Shown: positions 8,691-14,306 of the stretch, piece by piece
Position numbering within the stretch: position 1 is the stretch's first letter
How the letters are laid out: each line of letters starts with the position of its first letter
Origin: a virus
Lineage: Duplodnaviria; Caudoviricetes
Direction: 5' to 3' (one strand)
Length of the DNA stretch: 35,370 bases
IMG/VR virus record: IMGVR_UViG_3300027804_000132
Location: 1-35,370 of that record
The notes under the pieces: model-generated
What the model saw: the letters and a program-made list of their open reading frames with translations, nothing else
Told to the model about the DNA's origin: nothing
Database searches by the model: none
Position numbers and translations under genes: made by a program

Positions 8691-9195
8691 GTTAGTTAGC
8701 ACTTACTTACATCATCCTTGCACCAATATAGTGCTAGGTTAGTGAGCGCTTACTTACTTGTAACAATATCGATATATACGCATATACGAATATACGCTTA
8801 CACGCATATATGACATCATAGGTAAATACTATTGACCTGTGTTGGTTGATAGCGTGAGTGTATGGGGCTGAGTTGCACCTTTATAGTGCAACCTAGTGCA
8901 ACCTAGCACCAACATAGAGCATAGCCTAAGCCTATCCTCATTGGCACTTGATAGCCAGACACTATCAACACCTACGGGAAAACCCTGAGATACTGTTTAG
9001 ACTGCAATAGAGGGCTTTAGAGGCGTTTTAGCCTGAGTTGAGGGGTTAGTATCAACAGGGTAGCGTTCGCAGTTTTCGAGGGTAAACCCTAAGTATAAAG
9101 ACTGAGAGAATCATAACTAAAAGTAATAACCGCCAGCTCGTAGGAATTTCTAGGTGTTTTCCCTGATTTTCACAATGTGCAACCACTTACGATAA
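8691..9195. promoter_or_regulatory. Array of operator-like palindromes in the non-coding (probable terminal) region
   Basis: Two 20-bp GTWAGTNAGYRCTTACTTAC boxes, three NtrC-like boxes, three ATAG-N7-CTAT boxes, three GGGWAAACCCT-type boxes, ATATACG repeats and TTTCACAATGTGCAA. Confidence 0.6.
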
Positions 9196-9257
9196 AAACC
9201 CTGTCAGACTAGAGGCTAGTAGTATTGATAAACAGTAGATAACAGGAGAGTAAAACC

Positions 9258-9431
9258 ATGTTTTATATTGAACAGAAATACATCATCAAGCCTGAGAACA
9301 ATCCCGATGAATGGTATCAGGTTTATTCATACACTAATGACCATTACGATATGGCTAAGCATGATATTGAAATCTTACGCAATAAATATCAGGGTAGAGA
9401 ATTTAGACTAATTTGCATCGATAACTTTTAA
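9258..9431 (+). CDS. First early protein, hypothetical (57 aa)
   Basis: Not in track; AGGAGAG RBS; MFYIEQKYIIKPENNPDEWYQVY...LICIDNF. Confidence 0.7.
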   Translation: MFYIEQKYIIKPENNPDEWYQVYSYTNDHYDMAKHDIEILRNKYQGREFRLICIDNF

Positions 9432-9454
9432 CTAACTAACAGGAGAAAAGAACC

Positions 9455-9673
9455 ATGAGAAGAACTGAGATAGACTTAAATAAAATGAGCCGAGATGGAC
9501 AAGTAATTTATCTAAAATACTTGGTAAAGGACTTGGGTCAGGCTTTGCAAGACTTAGCAGGAACTGAGCCGAGATACGATTACATCAATACTTTGATTCA
9601 ACACGCCCTGCAAGCTGAGCAAGACTTAACAACAATGTCCGATAACCTTAAAAGACTAACTGAAGAGGCTTAA
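9455..9673 (+). CDS. Hypothetical early protein
   Basis: AGGAG RBS; 72 aa; 3' end overlaps the hammerhead ribozyme. Confidence 0.7.
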   Translation: MRRTEIDLNKMSRDGQVIYLKYLVKDLGQALQDLAGTEPRYDYINTLIQHALQAEQDLTTMSDNLKRLTEEA

Positions 9674-9705
9674 ATAGCCGAAACACCTGAGAGGGTGTCT
9701 TAGTC
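9654..9705 (+). ncRNA. Type I hammerhead ribozyme
   Basis: Stem I GACTAA/TTAGTC; core CTGAAGA; stem II GGCT-TAAAT-AGCC; GAAA; stem III CACCT-GAGA-GGGTG; GUC cleavage triplet at 9697-9699. Confidence 0.9.
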
Positions 9706-9741
9706 AACGCAGTATCTTAACTTTAGACAGGAGTAATACAA

Positions 9742-10044
9742 ATGAGAAAGATTGAACAACAAATGCTTAACGCCATTTACAACAATAAGGCGTGGCAATC
9801 AGGCAATACAGTCGTAACACCTAGATTTGATGGCAGTCTTGCAGTCTATTTACATGGCAACCATATTGCTACTGTTATCAATTCAAATATGGTAGGCGAT
9901 GTCATTACACCCAGAATTGTAGATGTAAACAAAGAAACATTACGCAGATGGCAAACACCTACAACCAAATCACGCCTAAGGGCTTTGGGCGCTAATGTCG
10001 CCACACGCAAGGGCGTTACCTATCTCAACAATGTTGCAATCTAA
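9742..10044 (+). CDS. Hypothetical early protein
   Basis: AGGAG RBS; MRKIEQQM...VYLHGNHIA...WQTPTTKSRLRAL, a pattern I recognise from phage early genes. Confidence 0.75.
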   Translation: MRKIEQQMLNAIYNNKAWQSGNTVVTPRFDGSLAVYLHGNHIATVINSNMVGDVITPRIVDVNKETLRRWQTPTTKSRLRALGANVATRKGVTYLNNVAI

Positions 10045-10057
10045 TAAGGGGCTTAAA

Positions 10058-10294
10058 ATGACTGATAGAACTAAATACAACGGATGGACTAATTACGCCA
10101 CATGGCGAGTAAACCTTGAAATGTTTGATGGCTTTGAGCCTGATGGTGAAATGGACGCTGATGATTATAAGTTTATGGCTATTGAATATCTTGAAGCTGG
10201 TGGGACTGCTGGCTTAGCCTTTGATTATGCGATGGCTTTTATTGACAATGTAAATTGGCATGAAATCGCCGAAGCGCACAAGGCGGAGGCTTAA
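10058..10294 (+). CDS. Acidic early protein (YNGWTNYxTW type)
   Basis: Start moved to ATG 10058 after AAGGGG; MTDRTKYNGWTNYATWRVNL...VNWHEIA. Confidence 0.75.
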   Translation: MTDRTKYNGWTNYATWRVNLEMFDGFEPDGEMDADDYKFMAIEYLEAGGTAGLAFDYAMAFIDNVNWHEIAEAHKAEA

Positions 10295-10296
10295 TC

Positions 10297-10377
10297 ATGC
10301 TTAAATCTTTACTACTAACAGGCGTATGCCTTTACACTTGTTTAACTGCTGTTTATGTTATTGTCTTTTATCTATGA
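10297..10377 (+). CDS. Single-TM micropeptide (26 aa)
   Basis: GGAGG RBS; MLKSLLLTGVCLYTCLTAVYVIVFYL; fills the intergenic gap. Confidence 0.55.
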   Translation: MLKSLLLTGVCLYTCLTAVYVIVFYL

Positions 10378-10389
10378 AAGGGGTTTATT

Positions 10390-10608
10390 ATGTCTAGAAA
10401 CACGCTAACGCTAGTTCAGGAAGTCTATTTTGATTTATGCGACTTGTTAGACAATAACGAGTTAAGCGAATCAATAGAGGGTTTATTTGAGTTCGATGAT
10501 ATGCGAGAGTTCATCACAGAACAACGGCGCAAACTAGCGCTAATTGAAAGGGATTTAGACTTTAATGATGATTGCCCGAAGTTTGAACCGGCTAAAGAGG
10601 AAATCTAG
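10390..10608 (+). CDS. Acidic hypothetical early protein
   Basis: AAGGGG RBS; 72 aa. Confidence 0.7.
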   Translation: MSRNTLTLVQEVYFDLCDLLDNNELSESIEGLFEFDDMREFITEQRRKLALIERDLDFNDDCPKFEPAKEEI

Positions 10609-10610
10609 TT

Positions 10611-10886
10611 ATGACAAACAATATAGAGAACTTATCCGATAACGAACTAAACGAGATTAAAGCCTATGTTAAGGGAATAATTGAGGGTATAAAAGATACT
10701 CACAAACCAGAAGAGATAGATTTTATCTTAGAGGACTATTGGACTGCATGGGATAACACTATTGACATAAATATATGGTTAGATGAATCAGACCCTAAAC
10801 GATATTTAACTACACTATATCGAATCCATGAATCAGGCTACACAGACATGGAAACATTTCAGCGCTTAGACTATATGAAAGGGTAA
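10611..10886 (+). CDS. Acidic hypothetical early protein
   Basis: GAGG RBS; 91 aa; tight operon packing. Confidence 0.7.
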   Translation: MTNNIENLSDNELNEIKAYVKGIIEGIKDTHKPEEIDFILEDYWTAWDNTIDINIWLDESDPKRYLTTLYRIHESGYTDMETFQRLDYMKG

Positions 10887-10888
10887 TA

Positions 10889-11068
10889 ATGGATAAATTA
10901 GAGCAAGCCTACACTATTGACCTATTGGCAAGGCTTACAGAATCAATAGAAACCTATTTAGATGATGATAGATGGGACGGCATTGAGGTAATGCATTCAG
11001 AGATTAAAGAGGCTAACAAACTGATAAAGAAGTATTACAAACGATTGAGAAAGGAGTCGATAGTATGA
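10889..11068 (+). CDS. Hypothetical protein (59 aa)
   Basis: Not in track; MDKLEQAYTIDLLARL...LRKESIV; ATGA overlap with the next gene. Confidence 0.65.
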   Translation: MDKLEQAYTIDLLARLTESIETYLDDDRWDGIEVMHSEIKEANKLIKKYYKRLRKESIV

Positions 11069-11235
11069 CCAGAAGCGAAATGCAATATGAAATATGGAAA
11101 GACCTAGGTTATCTTGAGGGTAAAACTGACCCACAATATCAGAAACACTTATGGCGCTTATCCGATGGAGAACTGTTTAATTTATGGCTAAACATTCACA
11201 ATGCGAGAGAGGCTTACAAACATGAAACTATATAA
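11065..11235 (+). CDS. Hypothetical protein (56 aa)
   Basis: Not in track; AAGGAG RBS; MTRSEMQYEIWKDLGY... Confidence 0.65.
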   Translation: MTRSEMQYEIWKDLGYLEGKTDPQYQKHLWRLSDGELFNLWLNIHNAREAYKHETI

Positions 11236-11413
11236 TTTAGGAATATTACAGGAAGATAACCCAAACGGGGTAAACACTTGGTATGTTTATGATTATGATG
11301 AAGAAGATGTATTAAATAATGAATGGTTTGAAACTGAGGCAGATGCTCAGGCTTATCTAGATGCCTTTTTATTTGAATATGGAACAGATGACGATAACGG
11401 AATGGGAGATTGA
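11222..11413 (+). CDS. Highly acidic hypothetical protein (63 aa)
   Basis: Start moved to 11222 (GAGG RBS); 17 D/E and one K. Confidence 0.65.
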   Translation: MKLYNLGILQEDNPNGVNTWYVYDYDEEDVLNNEWFETEADAQAYLDAFLFEYGTDDDNGMGD

Positions 11414-11417
11414 ATAA

Positions 11418-11579
11418 ATGGATAGATTTGACTATTACATGGAATTTATGTCAATGAGGCTTGATGACCCACAATTTAGGCTTATGTATGGGATTAATGA
11501 ATTTGATAAATGGTATTCTGATTTCATGGAGATACTTAACCAAAAACATGGAGAACCTGCAAATGAAAACCAAGTATAG
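11418..11579 (+). CDS. Hypothetical protein (53 aa)
   Basis: Not in track; GGAG RBS; MDRFDYYMEFMSMRLDDPQFRLMYG... Confidence 0.6.
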   Translation: MDRFDYYMEFMSMRLDDPQFRLMYGINEFDKWYSDFMEILNQKHGEPANENQV

Positions 11580-11748
11580 AGTATTAGCAAGTTATATGTC
11601 TTATGTCTATGCCGATATTGAGGCGGATAGCCTAAGCGAGGCTAAAGAGATTGCCTATGACATGGACGGCGGAGATTTTAAGCAAACAAGTTTCGGCGAT
11701 TGGAATATTGACGAAGTTATTGAATTAAAAGAGGATACAATAATATGA
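11563..11748 (+). CDS. Small acidic protein
   Basis: Start moved to 11563 (GGAG RBS); MKTKYRV...IEADSLSEAKEIA. Confidence 0.7.
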   Translation: MKTKYRVLASYMSYVYADIEADSLSEAKEIAYDMDGGDFKQTSFGDWNIDEVIELKEDTII

Positions 11749-11846
11749 AAACTATACTATTTTGGGGCATGACATACCTAGTTTTAGCCTATGTTGTCTA
11801 TCATCTTGTTGGAGTGGTTTTATGCTATACTTGGGAATACCTCTAG
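11745..11846 (+). CDS. Single-TM micropeptide (33 aa)
   Basis: GAGG RBS, ATGA overlap; MKTILFWGMTYLVLAYVVYHLVGVVLCYTWEYL. Confidence 0.55.
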   Translation: MKTILFWGMTYLVLAYVVYHLVGVVLCYTWEYL

Positions 11847-11936
11847 AATTGATTTAGAGGGCTTTAGAGAGGTTTTCTTAGTGTTGGTGATGTGTTGGTA
11901 TTACTTAATCAATTTAAATTGAATGGAGAGGCTTTT

Positions 11937-12194
11937 ATGAATTACAACAACAATCGGTATTATGAACCAGAAGATGATGATTTTGATGAAGAGGCTTATC
12001 TTGAGGCGCTAGAGTCTGCGCTATCGTCTGGTGGTGTTTACTATTGGGCTGAAGAATCGAATTGGTATGAGGCTTTAGGTCAATTAGAGATTGAAGAAGA
12101 TTATGAACCTAACACGGCGCCACAAGATGTTATTGACAAGGTCAAAGCATATTGGAAAGAGATAGCCGAAGAATTCACAGAAGGAGATTTTTAA
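11937..12194 (+). CDS. Highly acidic protein, candidate DNA mimic (85 aa)
   Basis: Start moved to 11937 (GGAGAGG RBS); about 25 D/E versus 4 K/R; aromatic-rich. Confidence 0.7.
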   Translation: MNYNNNRYYEPEDDDFDEEAYLEALESALSSGGVYYWAEESNWYEALGQLEIEEDYEPNTAPQDVIDKVKAYWKEIAEEFTEGDF

Positions 12195-12195
12195 G

Positions 12196-12456
12196 ATGCG
12201 ATGCCAATGTTGTAATGCGTCATTAACTGACTTTGAGGCTACCATAAAGCATGGTATCACTAGGCAATATGTGGAATTATGCTCAGATTGTCTTAAAACG
12301 ATTGAGGCTTATATCCCTATACAAGTTAGGCAAGACCTAATGAATGAAGCAGACACGGCTATGACTGAATCGTTGATTGATGATAACGGGTATATTGATG
12401 GTGGTTTAGATGCTGAGGACCCAGATGATTATTGGATTGATTGGGACAATCGATAA
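12196..12456 (+). CDS. Zinc-finger protein with acidic tail
   Basis: AAGGAG RBS; CQCC...CSDC; D-rich C-terminus. Confidence 0.75.
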   Translation: MRCQCCNASLTDFEATIKHGITRQYVELCSDCLKTIEAYIPIQVRQDLMNEADTAMTESLIDDNGYIDGGLDAEDPDDYWIDWDNR

Positions 12457-12587
12457 TGCACTCGCTTGCGGGTAATATAGGTATCGTTATAGTTAATATA
12501 GTCTATGTCATAACTGTGAATATAGATTACTATCAATTAACATAAAGAACCAATCAACGATAGTCTATGTTGTTTAACTATATAGTT

Positions 12588-12616
12588 ATTATACTGCACT
12601 TTTGGAATGTTGTCAA
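12588..12616 (-). promoter_or_regulatory. Perfect-consensus sigma70 promoter, antisense to the early operon
   Basis: Minus strand TTGACA (12616-12611), 17 bp, TATAAT (12593-12588). Confidence 0.75.
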
Positions 12617-12698
12617 GTAGTTTATTTTTGTCTTATGTATTGACTTTTAGGTGGTTATGTCTTTTAATTGGCATTGTCTTTTAACTAACGGGGGTTTT

Positions 12699-12863
12699 AT
12701 GCACCACAATGAAGAAGCAAGATACCATTTCATCATGATGGATATGGTTGATTTAATTGGGGATTATGGCTATGATAAGGTCATGGACGATTTATCAACA
12801 GCGATTGCTGATAAGGTCAATAGGCTTGTCGGTAGAGCAGTAATGGAGGACGCTGAAGAATGA
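12699..12863 (+). CDS. Hypothetical protein (54 aa)
   Basis: Start moved to ATG 12699 after GGGGG; ATGA overlap with the next gene. Confidence 0.65.
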   Translation: MHHNEEARYHFIMMDMVDLIGDYGYDKVMDDLSTAIADKVNRLVGRAVMEDAEE

Positions 12864-13162
12864 ACGCATACGAATTAGCAGAAGAATTAGAGTGGCTTCA
12901 AGATGAATATTATTATATTAAAGAATCAGCAGATATGCTACGCCAACAAGCACAAGCGATAGCTACGCTATCTGACCGCATAGCGGAGTTGTCAAAAAAT
13001 GTTGATGAACTGGAAGAAGAATTGCTAAAAACACCACAAATAAAAGAGTTAAGTGATGAGGAAATATTAGAAATAGGCAATGCAGTTACAAACCTTATTG
13101 ATTCCAATGAAGGCTGGATTGAATTTGCTAGAGCAATACTAAAGAAAGCGAGTGAGAAATGA
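12860..13162 (+). CDS. Hypothetical coiled-coil protein
   Basis: GGAGG RBS; MNAYELAEEL...ELSDEEI...FARAIL. Confidence 0.75.
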   Translation: MNAYELAEELEWLQDEYYYIKESADMLRQQAQAIATLSDRIAELSKNVDELEEELLKTPQIKELSDEEILEIGNAVTNLIDSNEGWIEFARAILKKASEK

Positions 13163-13338
13163 AACTCCGTTTTGAGGTTCGGGATGAATACAACGAGATT
13201 GTGCGGTGCTTTGCCACTAAGCAAGAAGCACAGGCGCATTGTAAATTAGACCCTAGTTTTTATCTTAAAGTCAATCAGCAAGTCAAGCCAAACCCGTTTA
13301 GACAGGCTTGGGAAAGGTTAGGCGAATGTCTATTTTGA
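13159..13338 (+). CDS. Hypothetical protein (59 aa)
   Basis: Not in track; ATGA overlap; MKLRFEVRDEYNEIVRCF...LGECLF. Confidence 0.6.
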   Translation: MKLRFEVRDEYNEIVRCFATKQEAQAHCKLDPSFYLKVNQQVKPNPFRQAWERLGECLF

Positions 13339-13556
13339 TGCGTGGTTTTGTTATATCAGCGTTCTTCTTCGGTATCTTGGTCGGCTATGTTGCTGGTCGT
13401 ATGGAATGGGCGCATGAGGATTGTTATGACGCAACAGGTAAGTATCAGCGCTATGAGGCTTGGTTAAGCGTTAAGAACGGGACTTATCGTTGTTTTTGGA
13501 TTGAGAAGGATTTCCCGCACCGAGTTAAGGTGCAAGGGGTAATTGATGTTAAATAA
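13338..13556 (+). CDS. Hypothetical membrane-anchored protein
   Basis: TGATG coupling at 13336-13340; N-terminal hydrophobic helix. Confidence 0.6.
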   Translation: MRGFVISAFFFGILVGYVAGRMEWAHEDCYDATGKYQRYEAWLSVKNGTYRCFWIEKDFPHRVKVQGVIDVK

Positions 13557-14087
13557 AGGAACTGATAATGGTATGGAAGTGTCCGGATTGCGGTCATCAA
13601 TGGGGTCGTAAATGAATATTCCTGATAAATGGGTTGTTATTGAGGTTGTGAGTGATAAGACCAAGCTACACCGAGTCTTTGCGTGTTGGTATGGTGGCTG
13701 GGCTGGTTCTGACTCATGGCAAATCAATAGCGGTATCGTAGGCGTTGATGACCAATCTAAATACTTTGATTTTGAGGGACACTCTGGTTCAATCTATCGG
13801 TGCAACAAGAACAGTTATGGCTTACATCTGTATGGTAGCTCAGTATTGAATAATTTAATTGAGAAATCTAAAGAGAAAGATATTATAATAATCGTATTAC
13901 CTGAAGACACTAATTGGAAGGAGCTAATCGATGGCACGAATGTTGCTGGCAGAGATAACAAAACTGAAGAAAGAGAATGATGAACTGCGTAGAGGAATCA
14001 TACCTGATGGTTATGTTTTCCTTTGCATTCATTGTGCAAAAGAGTTAAAATTATTTGAAGGAACTGAAGATGGTATGGAAGTGTCCG
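13556..14087 (+). repeat. 30-bp direct repeat pair (13556-13585 and 14058-14087) flanking a two-gene cassette
   Basis: aaggaactga(ta/ag)atggtatggaagtgtccg, 28 of 30 bases identical. Confidence 0.85.
13612..13980 (+). CDS. Hypothetical phage protein
   Basis: PDKWVVI...VFACWYGGWAGSDSWQINSGI...FEGHSGSIYRC, a pattern I recognise from other phage proteins. Confidence 0.75.
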   Translation: MNIPDKWVVIEVVSDKTKLHRVFACWYGGWAGSDSWQINSGIVGVDDQSKYFDFEGHSGSIYRCNKNSYGLHLYGSSVLNNLIEKSKEKDIIIIVLPEDTNWKELIDGTNVAGRDNKTEERE

Positions 14088-14161
14088 CCACTAAACCTAG
14101 TGAATTGGAACAATCTATGGAAATGGAGAGAAAAGATGACAACTTGGACAAGCGAGGATAG
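13931..14161 (+). CDS. Hypothetical protein with CxxC
   Basis: AAGGAG RBS; the C-terminus runs on through the repeat into the next gene. Confidence 0.55.
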   Translation: MARMLLAEITKLKKENDELRRGIIPDGYVFLCIHCAKELKLFEGTEDGMEVSATKPSELEQSMEMERKDDNLDKRG

Positions 14162-14306
14162 AGAATTATGCGAACAAGATTTAATGAAGCAAATCAAAGC
14201 ATTACAGGACGAACTAATCAAAACACAAACCGAATTGGTTATGGCGTTGGCAGAGGTTCAGGCACTACGATGTCAACTCATTACGGCGGAGGGTTCAAGA
14301 CATTGA
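14070..14306 (+). CDS. Hypothetical coiled-coil protein
   Basis: AAGGA RBS at 14058 (alternative start 14136); stop overlaps the primase TTG. Confidence 0.6.
   Translation: MVWKCPPLNLVNWNNLWKWREKMTTWTSEDRELCEQDLMKQIKALQDELIKTQTELVMALAEVQALRCQLITAEGSRH

Noticed and set aside
8941-8957. TTGGCAC as a sigma54 -24 element next to the NtrC-like boxes
   Set aside because: Spacing is GG-N9-GC rather than the required GG-N10-GC, and there is no TTGC
8691-9195. CRISPR or mini-array interpretation of the repeats
   Set aside because: Repeats are short and of several families, with no constant repeat-spacer period and no cas genes
12640-12668. Plus-strand promoter TTGACT-17-TTTAAT
   Set aside because: The -10 lacks the critical A at its second position; possible but unsupported
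14168-14302. N-terminal extension of primase in the ORF track
   Set aside because: Overlaps the upstream gene; TTG 14303 has GGAGG and begins just before the Zn domain
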